This document shows, in pieces, positions 41,597 to 52,749 of a stretch of 64,000 nt of DNA (position 1 is its first letter; each line of letters opens with the position of its first letter). The position numbers and the translations under genes are program-made. Origin of the DNA: Candidatus Omnitrophota bacterium (GTDB taxonomy: Bacteria; Omnitrophota; Gorgyraeia; Zapsychrales; Zapsychraceae); NCBI GenBank assembly GCA_029261065.1, contig JAJDCB010000012.1:13430-77429 (forward strand), in the 5' to 3' direction. Under the pieces are notes generated by a model. It was not told the origin of the DNA. It saw only the letters and a program-made list of their open reading frames with translations, and did no database searches.

Positions 41597-42199
41597 TTAA
41601 ATCTCCACAAAATTTGTTAATAATGTTAAGCCAATGTTTTGACTTTTTTCAGGGTGAAATTGAACGCCAAAGACGTTATCTTTCCAAACAGCTGAGGTGT
41701 ATGCTTCACCATAATCTGTCGTTGTTAAGATGCAACTTTTGTCTTCGGGTGTTGCAAAATAAGAATGACAAAAATAAACATTGGAATTATCTTCAATATT
41801 TTTAAGTAACGGGCAGCTCTGTTGTTGAAACTGTAATTGGTTCCAGCCCATCTGGGGGACTTTTAAGTTGTTTTCAAATCGGGTGACTTCCCCTGGAAGT
41901 ATTCCTAATCCTTTTGAGCCTCCCCCTTCAGTGCTTTTTTCAAACAGCAATTGAAAGCCAACGCAGATGCCTAAAAAGGGTTTGCCATCCGTGATCATTT
42001 TTTTGATCGGATCAATAAGGGATAAGGCTTCAAGTTTTTCTATAGCTTGTTGCATAGCACCGACACCAGGCAAAACGATTTTTTCAGCTGAAAGAATGTC
42101 TTTTGGGTTTTGTGTAATGCGAGCTTTGGTGCCGATGAATTCAAATGCTTTTTGAACGCTGCGCAGATTTCCGGATTCGTAGTCAATGATTGTGATCAT
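41597..42199 (-). CDS. hisH: imidazole glycerol phosphate synthase glutaminase subunit
   Basis: GNLRSV, PGVG, GICVG, QFHPEKS. Confidence 0.97.
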   Translation of the reverse strand: MITIIDYESGNLRSVQKAFEFIGTKARITQNPKDILSAEKIVLPGVGAMQQAIEKLEALSLIDPIKKMITDGKPFLGICVGFQLLFEKSTEGGGSKGLGILPGEVTRFENNLKVPQMGWNQLQFQQQSCPLLKNIEDNSNVYFCHSYFATPEDKSCILTTTDYGEAYTSAVWKDNVFGVQFHPEKSQNIGLTLLTNFVEI

Positions 42200-42218
42200 A
42201 ATATTAGTTGTATCTTAC

Positions 42219-42304
42219 GGATTCCCGATGTCTCGGGAATGATAGGTGTAGTTGAGAAAACTGTTATTTGAGAGCTCTGTCATCCCCGCGAAAGCGGGGA
42301 TCAA
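42219..42304. repeat. inverted pair of REP-like hairpins between hisB and hisH
   Basis: GGATTCCCGA-TGTC-TCGGGAATGA (42219-42242) and GTCATCCCCGC-GAAA-GCGGGGATC (42279-42302). Confidence 0.65.
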
Positions 42305-42319
42305 GTTCAGGCTGACAAG

Positions 42320-42931
42320 TTAATCAATAATTCCTTTCGTGCTTGGCACATCACCTTCGCGTCTGGGATCAATCTGTGTCGCTTGATCCAAAGCCTGACC
42401 AAAGGATTTAAAAACAGTTTCAAGGTCCGTGTGCAAATCTTCATTAACACCACGCAGGTTTACCGTAATGGTCGCACCTAATCCGTGGGCGAAAGATTCC
42501 ATGAAATGTTCTAGATAAGAAAATGAATAGCCTTCTTGATCTTTAATAATGGAGGCGTCACCATCAACATTTAATGTGAAATAACCTCGGCCACTAATAT
42601 CAACAACAGTGTGGCCTAAGGTGGACTCCATGGGAGAGAATCCTGACCCAAAACGTTTAATGCCTTGTTTTTCATCTAAGGCTTTTTTAAAGAGTTTGCC
42701 TAACACGATTCCCACATCTTCATTGGTGTGATGAATATCAATCTCAAGATCGGCTTTTTGAACATCTAAATTTAGATCAAAAAAACCGTGAAAGGCAAAT
42801 AATTCGATCATGTGATCAAGAAGTCCAATTTGTGTTTTTATTTTTGTCTCGCCTTTGCCATCAATATTGACGGTGGCCTTGATTTCTGTTTCTTTACTTT
42901 TTCGTTCTATTTCAGCGTTACGATTTGACAT
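42320..42931 (-). CDS. hisB: imidazoleglycerol-phosphate dehydratase
   Basis: ETEI, DHM, DIHHTNED, GIKRFG, DISGR, PSTKG; second HH motif is altered. Confidence 0.9.
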   Translation of the reverse strand: MSNRNAEIERKSKETEIKATVNIDGKGETKIKTQIGLLDHMIELFAFHGFFDLNLDVQKADLEIDIHHTNEDVGIVLGKLFKKALDEKQGIKRFGSGFSPMESTLGHTVVDISGRGYFTLNVDGDASIIKDQEGYSFSYLEHFMESFAHGLGATITVNLRGVNEDLHTDLETVFKSFGQALDQATQIDPRREGDVPSTKGIID

Positions 42932-42953
42932 GTTTTATCCTTTTGCTTTTGTT

Positions 42954-44189
42954 TCAATACGTTTTAGGTAAGAATCGCGCGTTGACAGATTCATAATGCT
43001 TTGGGAGTTGTTCGAGTTTGGCTACCTTTTCAATGGGCCCGCGCATTTTTTCTAAGGCTTTTTTGGAGTAAGAAATAATGTGCGTCTTTTTCATAAAGTC
43101 GGTAGTGCAGAGGCCTGAAAAGAATTTCGCCGTTCCCAATGTTGGTAGAACGTGACTGGGGCCGGCTGCATAGTCGCCTAAGGCCGTAGGGCTGTAAGGA
43201 CCGAGGAATATTGCACCAGCGTGTTTGATTTTTTTTGCGACACTTGCAGGGTTATTGGTCAAAATTTGTAAATGTTCAGGGGCAATTTTATTGACGATGT
43301 CGGTTGCTTCATCAATATTTTTAGCATAGATGATGTAACCACTGCTTGATTTTGGTTTGACTTGCCGAATGATTTGTTTTGATGTCGTCACAAGAATAGA
43401 CAAACCTCCTACATGTTCTGCTTGAGCTTCTAAATCGGCAATGATGTAATTCGGATTACTGTGGCGGTTGGCGATGATGACGAGTTCTGTGGGACCCGCT
43501 AACATATCGATATCAACATAACCAAATAATTGACGTTTGGCCTCTGTCACAAACATGTTGCCTGGACCAACGATTTTATCTACCTTCGGAACGGTCTTTG
43601 TTCCAAAAGCAAAACCCGCTATAGCTTGGGCGCCACCCATTTTATAAATTTCATTCACCTTAAGGAGATTTGCCACGGCTAAAATGTAGGGATTCACATG
43701 TCCATCTTTATCAGGTGGTGTTGCAATAACAATACGTTTAACACCAGCCATTTTTGCAGGAACGACGGTCATGTAAACGGTTGAAATCAACGGAGCTGTA
43801 CCCGCAGGAATGTAGATACCGACGGTATCTAATGGATTAATACTTTCTTTGAGTAAAATACCTTCGCCATCACGGACACTACAAGGTTTAGGGATTTGTT
43901 TTTTATAAAAGAGTGTGACGTTTCGAATGATGCTTTTTAAATCGGTAACAAAATCACTCGTAATATTTTGATAAGCGCCACTAATCTCAGATTCGGCGAC
44001 ACGTAATTGTTTCGTCGTTAGTTTGGCATGATCAAAGCGTTTGGTAAATTTGACAATAGCCTCATCACCTTCAAGCCGAACATCTTCAATGATTCGTTTG
44101 ACCTTCTCTTCAATATGTTTTTTACGAGAATGGAGATTTCTATTGTAAAGATTTTGTATGCCCTGACCGTCTTGTTTTAAAATTTTCAT
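42954..44189 (-). CDS. hisD: histidinol dehydrogenase
   Basis: GGAQAI, GPGN, AGPTE, QAEH, APEHL, GDYAAGPSHVLPT. Confidence 0.96.
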   Translation of the reverse strand: MKILKQDGQGIQNLYNRNLHSRKKHIEEKVKRIIEDVRLEGDEAIVKFTKRFDHAKLTTKQLRVAESEISGAYQNITSDFVTDLKSIIRNVTLFYKKQIPKPCSVRDGEGILLKESINPLDTVGIYIPAGTAPLISTVYMTVVPAKMAGVKRIVIATPPDKDGHVNPYILAVANLLKVNEIYKMGGAQAIAGFAFGTKTVPKVDKIVGPGNMFVTEAKRQLFGYVDIDMLAGPTELVIIANRHSNPNYIIADLEAQAEHVGGLSILVTTSKQIIRQVKPKSSSGYIIYAKNIDEATDIVNKIAPEHLQILTNNPASVAKKIKHAGAIFLGPYSPTALGDYAAGPSHVLPTLGTAKFFSGLCTTDFMKKTHIISYSKKALEKMRGPIEKVAKLEQLPKHYESVNARFLPKTY

Positions 44190-46846
44190 GTGTTTAGTTT
44201 CTCTTTGATTATAGAGGTTACTGTTCCAATAGCCGCATCGATTTTCTTAACATCTTCTGTTCCTGCTTGAGCGAGTTGCGCTCGTCCTCCGCCTTTGCCG
44301 TTAATAGTGATGATAATCTCAGCAATTATTTCGTTGGCCTTAATACCTTTTTTAACGACATCATCTGTGACCGCCGTTAAAACACAGCCATTATCTTTGT
44401 TAATGCCACCTAGCGTGATAACCGCCGATGGACATTTTTGTTTAATGAGATCAGCTAATGGACGTAATGTATCAATTTGTGCATCTGTAAATACATGAGT
44501 GATAATCTTAAAACCATCTAGTTCTTCAGATTTTGTTAATAGCGAATCAATCTGATTTTTTAGTGTATTGATGCGGTATTGCTGGAGTTCTTTTTGAAGA
44601 GATTTCATTTTGCTCATCATCTCTTTGGTTCGTTGTAAAATTTCGTTTGTTGGAACTTTTATAACTTTAGAAACTTCTCGTAATTCGTCTTCTTGCTTTT
44701 TTATATATTTAAGGGCCTCGGCTCCTGTTTTGGCTTCAATACGTCTAATGCCTTGAGCAACAGCACTTTCTTGAATGATTTTAAATACCCCAATTTGTCC
44801 TGTCCAATCAAGATGAGTTCCTCCACAAAATTCTTTTGAGTAATCGCCCATAGAAACAACGCGAACGGTATTACCATATTTTTCTGCAAAGAAAGCCAAG
44901 GCTTCACTTTTTTGAGCTTCTTTAAGGGACATTTCTTCTTTTGATACAGCATCGCATTGCCGAATATACTGATTAACTTGCTCTTCAATGGCATAAATCT
45001 GATCATCCTTAATGGCTGAATGATGTGAAAAATCAAAACGTAAGCGATCTTCAGCGACGAGCGAACCTTGCTGTTTAATATGATCACCCAAAACATTACG
45101 AAGGGCCGCTTGAAGCAAATGTGTGGCCGTATGGTTATACATAATGGCAAGTCTTCTCTCTTGTTCAATTGTTGCTGTCACAGGATCATTTACTTTCAAC
45201 GTTCCTTTTTGAAGATGACCAAAGTGGTAGAAGACATCATTTTGTTTAATCGTTTCCTTAACAATAAATGTCGCATTATCAGTTGTGATGGTCCCTGAAT
45301 CTCCTATTTGTCCCCCAGACTCTGCATAAAAGCATGTTTGATCTAAGACGATTTGAACCTCATCTTTCTCATGCGCCTCATTAATGGGTTTATTCTCAGA
45401 GATGATCATTGTAATAATCGATTTATTTTCATTCTTTTCATATCCAAGAAATTTTGTTTTATCTAACTTTTTGACTCTGATGTCCGTGGATATATCAGAA
45501 AAGACATCTCCGGTCATTTTACTGCTAGCCCGAGATTGGTCTTGTTGTTCTTTCATTAATGTCTGATAGGTTTCACGCGCCTGATCAACGGTGGCGGCGT
45601 CGATATCAAAAGAACTGATCGTGGTATCAATAGCGGCTAATGTTAGGCCGTAGGTATCTTTAAAAGTGAATCGTATTTGACCAAGTTTTAAGCCTTGTTT
45701 ATTTTTGTCTTCATTTAGAATTTTTTGAATGTCACTTTTAAGTTGCGGCACGCGTTCTTTCTTTACCTTTATATAAGCTTCTTCGGCGCGTTTGATGGTG
45801 AGCGTAATATCCTGCTCTTTTTTTATAAGCTCAGGATAAGGATCTTTCATCGCATCAATCACACTTGAAACGAGTTGATGACTTAATGGCTCTTTGGCAC
45901 CAGCTTCAAGAATAATGTCTGTGGTATCGATAATTAATTTGCGCATGATATACCCTCTTTTTTCATTGGAGGGATTAACACCATCGGCAATGCCAAAAAC
46001 AATGGCGCGCATATGATCGGCTATGATGCGTTTTTCTTTGATCTCTAAAGGGAATTGATGAGAAGTTTTGTCCTCTATAGCCTGCATGATAGGTGCAAAG
46101 GCATCGATGTCAAAATTGTTTTTCTTGCCCTGTAGGACAGAAACAAGACGCTCTAATCCCATGCCAGTATCGATGTTTTTACTCGGAAGGGGTTCCAGAA
46201 CCCCGCCCTCTAAACGATTAAATTGTGTAAAAACGAGATTCCAAATTTCAGAGAAACGGCCACAGTCGCAACTAGGATCACAGACTTTGCTTGGACAATT
46301 TGGATTTTTGCCATAATCAAAAAAGATTTCTGAACAAGGGCCACAAGGTCCATTGGGTCCGTTCTTTTTGGCATCGGCAGGCCAGAAATTGCTTTTATCA
46401 CCTAAGGCGACGAGTTTGTCTTCAGGGATTTGGACATCATTGAGCCAGATGTCCTTGGCTTCCGTATCATCTTTATAGACAGAAACCCAAAGTTTGGCTT
46501 TATCAATGGCAACGACTTCTGTTAAAAATTCCCATCCCCAGGTAATGGCTTCCTTTTTGAAATAATCTCCAAAGGAAAAATTTCCTAACATTTCAAAGAA
46601 GGTGTGATGAAAATCTGTTTGACCGACTTCATCTAAATCATCAGTGCGTAAACATTTTTGTGATGTTGTAGCTTTTGTATAATCTTCGATATGTCCTAAA
46701 AATTGTTTTTTAAATTGTTGCATGCCCGCTGTTGTAAAGAGGACAGTGGGATCATCTTTTGGCACCAAAGAATCGCTTTGAACAATGCTGTGTCCTTTGG
46801 AGGCAAAAAAATCTAGGAATTTTTTTCGTATGTCGTTGGTTGTCAT
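44186..46846 (-). CDS. alaS: alanine--tRNA ligase
   Basis: FFEMLGNFSFGDYFK, DTGMGLER, HTATH, CGGTH, GGG. Confidence 0.98.
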   Translation of the reverse strand: MTTNDIRKKFLDFFASKGHSIVQSDSLVPKDDPTVLFTTAGMQQFKKQFLGHIEDYTKATTSQKCLRTDDLDEVGQTDFHHTFFEMLGNFSFGDYFKKEAITWGWEFLTEVVAIDKAKLWVSVYKDDTEAKDIWLNDVQIPEDKLVALGDKSNFWPADAKKNGPNGPCGPCSEIFFDYGKNPNCPSKVCDPSCDCGRFSEIWNLVFTQFNRLEGGVLEPLPSKNIDTGMGLERLVSVLQGKKNNFDIDAFAPIMQAIEDKTSHQFPLEIKEKRIIADHMRAIVFGIADGVNPSNEKRGYIMRKLIIDTTDIILEAGAKEPLSHQLVSSVIDAMKDPYPELIKKEQDITLTIKRAEEAYIKVKKERVPQLKSDIQKILNEDKNKQGLKLGQIRFTFKDTYGLTLAAIDTTISSFDIDAATVDQARETYQTLMKEQQDQSRASSKMTGDVFSDISTDIRVKKLDKTKFLGYEKNENKSIITMIISENKPINEAHEKDEVQIVLDQTCFYAESGGQIGDSGTITTDNATFIVKETIKQNDVFYHFGHLQKGTLKVNDPVTATIEQERRLAIMYNHTATHLLQAALRNVLGDHIKQQGSLVAEDRLRFDFSHHSAIKDDQIYAIEEQVNQYIRQCDAVSKEEMSLKEAQKSEALAFFAEKYGNTVRVVSMGDYSKEFCGGTHLDWTGQIGVFKIIQESAVAQGIRRIEAKTGAEALKYIKKQEDELREVSKVIKVPTNEILQRTKEMMSKMKSLQKELQQYRINTLKNQIDSLLTKSEELDGFKIITHVFTDAQIDTLRPLADLIKQKCPSAVITLGGINKDNGCVLTAVTDDVVKKGIKANEIIAEIIITINGKGGGRAQLAQAGTEDVKKIDAAIGTVTSIIKEKLNT

Positions 46847-47301
46847 ATCTCTTTTAATGCTTTCATAATAGTTGAGGAGTTGTATCCTCGTCGTGCTAAA
46901 AAACCAAAAAGGCGTTGTTTCTGTTTTTCTGGTTCGACATTTTTATATTTAAGGATTCTTCTTTGGGCTAGTTCTACAACAGTGTTAATTTCAGAATAGT
47001 CCAAAGTTAGTTTTTGAAATTCTTCATCAATGATGTTTTTAGGAATTCCTTTGTTCTTTAATTCAAATTGGATGCGATTGAATCCGAAAGGTTTTTTTAG
47101 GCGTGAGGTAATCCACTGCCGGCAAAAAAGGCGGTCGTTTATACAATCCAAATCTTTGAAGTATGTAATAGTCTCATTGATGGTACTCTCTGAGATGTTT
47201 TTCGTTATTAATTTGTCTCGTAATTCTTGTTCGCTACGCAGGCGATATTTCAATAAACGACATACATCCATTTTAGCTTTTTTTAACTCATCATGACTCA
47301 T
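46843..47301 (-). CDS. recX: regulatory protein RecX
   Basis: RLRSEQEL, IND, ELKNKGI, FLARRGY; downstream of recA. Confidence 0.9.
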   Translation of the reverse strand: MSHDELKKAKMDVCRLLKYRLRSEQELRDKLITKNISESTINETITYFKDLDCINDRLFCRQWITSRLKKPFGFNRIQFELKNKGIPKNIIDEEFQKLTLDYSEINTVVELAQRRILKYKNVEPEKQKQRLFGFLARRGYNSSTIMKALKEI

Positions 47302-47308
47302 AAAGAAG

Positions 47309-47340
47309 TATCATCTCCGCCGATAAGTGCGGAGATGATA
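47309..47340 (-). terminator. hairpin between recA and recX (terminator/attenuator)
   Basis: Perfect 12-bp stem TATCATCTCCGC/GCGGAGATGATA followed by CTTCTTT on the minus strand. Confidence 0.6.
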
Positions 47341-47345
47341 GAATG

Positions 47346-48380
<1,035 letters not shown>

Positions 48381-48442
48381 TGTAACTCCTTAGTTTTACA
48401 CATTAACATTATTCTGAAGGGGAAATGGTAGTACGATGTGGA

Positions 48443-48471
48443 ATTATACATGAGGGATTCTTGCTTGTCAA
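48443..48471 (-). promoter_or_regulatory. consensus sigma70 promoter of recA
   Basis: Exact TTGACA-17 nt-TATAAT on the minus strand. Confidence 0.8.
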
Positions 48472-48571
48472 TGAAAACTGAGTTTCGAATCATTGTTAAA
48501 TTACTGATACGTATAAAGTTACAGCCACGATACATGCTTGAGGTTGCTGGGATTGGATGTTAAACGTAACT

Positions 48572-49321
48572 CTATTTTTTGTCATTATTTAAAAAAAATT
48601 GAGTTGCACACGAAATGGAACAGATAGCTGCTGTTTCAACCTTAAGTACTGTTTTTCCTAATGAAATGGGGATGCAGCCTGCTTCGTGTGCTATTTTGTA
48701 TTCTTGAGGAGTGAAATCTCCTTCTGGACCAATCATAAAAGAATAAGATGTTTTTTTATCGGCTTGTTTAAAGGCTTCGAAAATAGGTTGTGTTTTTCCT
48801 AGTAGGCTTGGCATAAAAGTTAGGGAACTCTTCATTAGCAGAGTTAAAGCCCTTTTAAATTGACAGGGATCATGAATAATAGGAAGTGTGCTTCGCTTTG
48901 ATTGTTTGGCGGCATTAATGGCAATTATCTTATACCGTTTTGTTTTTTTGATAAGGCGTTCGCCTGTGAGAAGAATCTCTGTTCTTTTGGTTAAAAGTGG
49001 TAGAATTTCATCCACCCCCAATTCTGTTGCTTTTTCGATGATGAGTTCAAACTTGCTGCGTTTGGGTAACGCGCAGGCGAGAATTATTTTGGGGTGTGTT
49101 GCTTTATGGGTTTGAACTGATTTAATGTTGATGAGAGTTTGGTTTGATTGTATGTCAAGGATTCTAGCTTCAGCTTCCTCTCCCTTGCCATTGAATAATG
49201 TGATGATGTCGTTATTTTTAAGTCGGAGAACATGGGTTAGATGGTGCAGTTCTTCTTTGTTCGTCAGGGTGACGGTTGTGTTGGGGGTGAAGGTTTTGGT
49301 TTGTAGGTGGAATCTGTGCAT
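48572..49321 (-). CDS. rsmE: 16S rRNA m3U1498 methyltransferase
   Basis: HLTHVLRL, EKATELGV, AAKQS, IGPEGD, LKVETA. Confidence 0.95.
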   Translation of the reverse strand: MHRFHLQTKTFTPNTTVTLTNKEELHHLTHVLRLKNNDIITLFNGKGEEAEARILDIQSNQTLINIKSVQTHKATHPKIILACALPKRSKFELIIEKATELGVDEILPLLTKRTEILLTGERLIKKTKRYKIIAINAAKQSKRSTLPIIHDPCQFKRALTLLMKSSLTFMPSLLGKTQPIFEAFKQADKKTSYSFMIGPEGDFTPQEYKIAHEAGCIPISLGKTVLKVETAAICSISCATQFFLNNDKK

Positions 49322-49336
49322 TATTATTTTTATTAT

Positions 49337-49358
49337 TTGATCCCCGCTTTCGCGGGGA
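49337..49358. repeat. REP-like hairpin
   Basis: TTGATCCCCGCTTTCGCGGGGA is the exact reverse complement of 42283-42304. Confidence 0.65.
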
Positions 49359-49368
49359 CTCGTGCGCG

Positions 49369-50766
49369 TTACTTCTTCCCTCTCCCTTCCCTAAAAGGAA
49401 CAATCCACTCCGCATGCGAAAACAACGGATATTCTACATGCGCCAAATTAACAGTCTCATCAATAAAGGGTTGATAAGGCCTTTCATTTAATGAAGCCTC
49501 GGCTTTAATGTGTATTTTAGGTTTTTTAAAACCATGGCTTTCTAAATCATCACGAATCAAATGAACGAAATCTAATAAACAATCAGGTAAATTATCAATC
49601 CAACGTTGTTCGTATGTAAGGAAATTTGTGTAGTCTGGTATTTTGCGTGTAGTAAGTTGAGGGTGATGAATAATTATTTTCATATTCGTCTTTTTAGCAT
49701 TCAACTTTAATCGCCAAGCAAACCGAGCTCCTTCATACGTCCAAACCGGTTTTCCTGGATAAAGGAAATGTCTTAATGGTACAAGGAGTTGAATGAGTAT
49801 AAACCCTGTTACAAAAATAGTTATGACTAAACGATAAATTCCAGTTTTTTGTGCAGGGTTTAGCGTATCTAGATTTTCTTTGTTGTCAGGGGTTAAGGGA
49901 AGAAATTTTTGTGTATTTTGCCACCATATACGAGGAGTATTTGGTTTTAAAAATAATGGGATAGCACTGATCATCAGAAATGGAAAAACACCAATATCAT
50001 TAAAAAGTAAGAAATGATTGGTAAGATTAAAAGTAAGAATAAATGCAATCGTCAACTTAATATATCGACCGGTGAATAAAGAAAGACTCATAAATAAATC
50101 AAGTAAAAGTCCTGTATAGCTAAAAAAGTAAGCTAACCAAAGATGATCGAGAGATATGCCAAACAGCATCTTCCCTTCTATGACTCTTTGTAAAGGCTGG
50201 GCGGCAATAAGCCAATCGACATTGATTTTAGTGATGGCGGCATAGAAATAAACAATGACAAATTGCATGCGCAGTAGATAAATCGAGAAAAAAGGAATTT
50301 GGTTTATTTTATTTAAATTTTTATTCCAAAGTCGATCAAGGGAAAGCCAACGATGAGCGGGACTAAACATTAACAGAAAGGAAAGTAAAAGCATGAGGTA
50401 ATGACAATCATTGTACATGGTTTTATCAAATAAAAAAACATAGCTAAGGGTAAGAAAAAATGTAATGGCTGAGAATCGAAAGAATAAACCTAATGTGATA
50501 CCAATGGCTGCTAATCCCATAATTAAAAAATGAATGTGCATGATCTCCTCAGGCCAGCGGGTTAACCCTAAGAGGTTAAAAAGGGCAAAAGGAAAATGGA
50601 AGCTGTTTTCAATAAAGTTTTCTTTTACAAAAGAGGTATTATAAATAGAAAAGCTTTGAGCGATAAGAACTATACCGAATGCAATACGGAATAATCCAAG
50701 ACTTGCGGCATCTTGAGAATAGAAAAGTTTCTCTCTCCATGACAGTAACTTTTTAAAGATAGTCAT
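49369..50766 (-). CDS. HTTM-domain, vitamin K-dependent gamma-carboxylase-like membrane protein
   Basis: ASLGLFRIAFG, SLD, VYFYAAITKINVDWL, IGVFP, QLLVPLRHFLYPG, WTYEGARFAWR, SLNERPYQPFID. Confidence 0.88.
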   Translation of the reverse strand: MTIFKKLLSWREKLFYSQDAASLGLFRIAFGIVLIAQSFSIYNTSFVKENFIENSFHFPFALFNLLGLTRWPEEIMHIHFLIMGLAAIGITLGLFFRFSAITFFLTLSYVFLFDKTMYNDCHYLMLLLSFLLMFSPAHRWLSLDRLWNKNLNKINQIPFFSIYLLRMQFVIVYFYAAITKINVDWLIAAQPLQRVIEGKMLFGISLDHLWLAYFFSYTGLLLDLFMSLSLFTGRYIKLTIAFILTFNLTNHFLLFNDIGVFPFLMISAIPLFLKPNTPRIWWQNTQKFLPLTPDNKENLDTLNPAQKTGIYRLVITIFVTGFILIQLLVPLRHFLYPGKPVWTYEGARFAWRLKLNAKKTNMKIIIHHPQLTTRKIPDYTNFLTYEQRWIDNLPDCLLDFVHLIRDDLESHGFKKPKIHIKAEASLNERPYQPFIDETVNLAHVEYPLFSHAEWIVPFREGRGKK

Positions 50767-50813
50767 AAAATGTATTATATCACTGGGTCCATTTTAGGGA
50801 TAATAAATGAAAA

Positions 50814-51440
50814 TTATTTTGTGTGTCCGGGAGGGTTGATTTGCATATCTATTGTTACGCAAGGGTTTGTTATTGGATGGCAAGCTTCGGCGTTGTCAGG
50901 AGCTACAGATATCGCCATTTCAACATAATCAATGCTATTAGTTGTTCCTGGAGCACAGGTGCCACACCCTCCTGGGACATTAAAAAGCGCAGATTCCTTT
51001 AACTCTAAATAGAAAGGGGAAATTGTACTTCCTCCCCATGGACAATCTGTGGCAGGTACTTCTGCTTCGTCAACATCTGTACATCTCCATAGGCCATTTG
51101 AACTTCCATGCCTATAACAGACCCAGGTATCATCAGCATATGAAGTAGGATCGTTGGTATCATGTCTGAAACAAATGGTATATTTATCGGGTGGTTCCAC
51201 GATAGTTCTTATCCCACTATTTGTTGGATCTCCCACAGCTAGAAGGGCATCCTTTCGCATCATACTAAGTGATGCCGTGGCATCCATAGCTATAAGGGAG
51301 CTTTTACTTGATATGTCTTGCATGCGGTTGACCGCATATCCAAATCCGGAAACACCCACCATGACAATGCCAATGAGAGTGCTGGCAACTACAAGTTCAA
51401 GTAATGTTAATCCTTTGTTATGTATATTTTTTGCTTTCAT
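50814..51440 (-). CDS. minor pilin/pseudopilin (PilW-like), Cys-rich
   Basis: Class III signal KG/LTLLEL plus hydrophobic helix. Confidence 0.8.
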   Translation of the reverse strand: MKAKNIHNKGLTLLELVVASTLIGIVMVGVSGFGYAVNRMQDISSKSSLIAMDATASLSMMRKDALLAVGDPTNSGIRTIVEPPDKYTICFRHDTNDPTSYADDTWVCYRHGSSNGLWRCTDVDEAEVPATDCPWGGSTISPFYLELKESALFNVPGGCGTCAPGTTNSIDYVEMAISVAPDNAEACHPITNPCVTIDMQINPPGHTK

Positions 51441-51458
51441 AATTTACCTTTAAGACAT

Positions 51459-51809
51459 CTATAACAAGTCAGGAAATGTCACATTCATGACAAGTTTTCG
51501 TAAATTTAATCCTGAGACATCGGATATGACATAATTAATCATATAGTTTCCTTCCATACGATTATAAGTGCCTACAGCTAAATTACTTGTTGGACTATGC
51601 CATACGTTAGCTGTTAGTTCTCGCATAAGTTGATCAATAATGCCTTTGCCCACATACGTAGCTTCTAATTTTACAGTGGATTCAGCACCATGCATACGCA
51701 TATTAGAAATTGTTGCAAAGATCCCAAAAGAGGCAATCACAAAAATAACCGCGGTCACGATCACTTCTACGATTGAGGCAAACCCTTCTTTTTGTAAATT
51801 CTTTAACAT
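51459..51809 (-). CDS. minor pilin (PilV-like) with atypical cleavage motif
   Basis: QKEG/FASIVEVIV; position in the pilin array. Confidence 0.65.
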   Translation of the reverse strand: MLKNLQKEGFASIVEVIVTAVIFVIASFGIFATISNMRMHGAESTVKLEATYVGKGIIDQLMRELTANVWHSPTSNLAVGTYNRMEGNYMINYVISDVSGLNLRKLVMNVTFPDLL

Positions 51810-51821
51810 ACGGTTTCCTTT

Positions 51822-52295
51822 TTAAACACAATCTGCTACGAGGAAACATGTCCCTGTCCCTGAAGCACAACAAGGATTCTGATCTCCCCAACGATTTGGA
51901 GCTCCTATTACGACTTCTGTGACTCTTAATGTAAAAATTGTTGTCGCTCCCTCTGTTAGAGTTGCTGTAGCAGTATAAGTTGTTGGTGTTGCTCCTCGTG
52001 TATAGGCATAGGTATTCCCATTAGCCATGATATTTAAACCAAGGCCTTGATTAAGTTGTGCGAGATCTCCTGTTCCTGTATCTAAATAAGCGCTGTTATT
52101 GTTGGAAAAATACATAAGATTAAGCGCATGAATACTTCTTAATTGACTTATCGCATCTCTTTCTTGGCCTTTTCTTACTGTCGCTCTATAGTTAGGAATA
52201 GCAAAAGACCCAATAAGCGCCAAGATAGAAATGGTGATTAGGATTTCTATTAGTGTGAGACCTTTTACATTTTTTATAGGATTAGTTGCATTCAT
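51822..52295 (-). CDS. type IV pilin (PilE-like)
   Basis: KG/LTLIEIL...AIPNY; TYTATAT; C-terminal Cys residues. Confidence 0.85.
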   Translation of the reverse strand: MNATNPIKNVKGLTLIEILITISILALIGSFAIPNYRATVRKGQERDAISQLRSIHALNLMYFSNNNSAYLDTGTGDLAQLNQGLGLNIMANGNTYAYTRGATPTTYTATATLTEGATTIFTLRVTEVVIGAPNRWGDQNPCCASGTGTCFLVADCV

Positions 52296-52725
52296 TAGAA
52301 CTTGCTCCAAATCCACAATTAATATTGATACAACTTCCTGCTGTCATACCTGCTTGGCTGTCATCGCAGGTTATTAATCCATTTTGATCAATTAAAAGTT
52401 CGTAAGTTCCTGTGTTTCGTTGAACATTTGAGACAGGATCAGTCACAGCAACTGGAGCTGTGATACTATCATCGTCAATATCATCAAAATTTACTGGTGT
52501 AGGAAACGATATTGCTAAAGGGATAAGTGTTGTTGCAAAAGACCCCGTTTCTAACTGTACTGCTTTCTGTGCATTCATAAGTGCGATTAAAATTTGTTGT
52601 CCTTCGGATGCGCGCGTCCGTTCAAACATAATCGTGTATCGAGGCATAGATAAAGTCGCCAATACCCCTAAAAGGGAAATAACGATTAAAATTTCAGCTA
52701 AGGTATATCCTTTTTTTGACTTCAT
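52282..52725 (-). CDS. type IV pilin (PilE-like)
   Basis: KG/YTLAEILIV...SMPRY. Confidence 0.85.
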   Translation of the reverse strand: MKSKKGYTLAEILIVISLLGVLATLSMPRYTIMFERTRASEGQQILIALMNAQKAVQLETGSFATTLIPLAISFPTPVNFDDIDDDSITAPVAVTDPVSNVQRNTGTYELLIDQNGLITCDDSQAGMTAGSCININCGFGASSNECN

Positions 52726-52749
52726 GAGTTACAACCTCTTTATATTTTT

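Noticed and set aside
48381-48571. SOS box upstream of recA
   Set aside because: No LexA motif known to me could be identified
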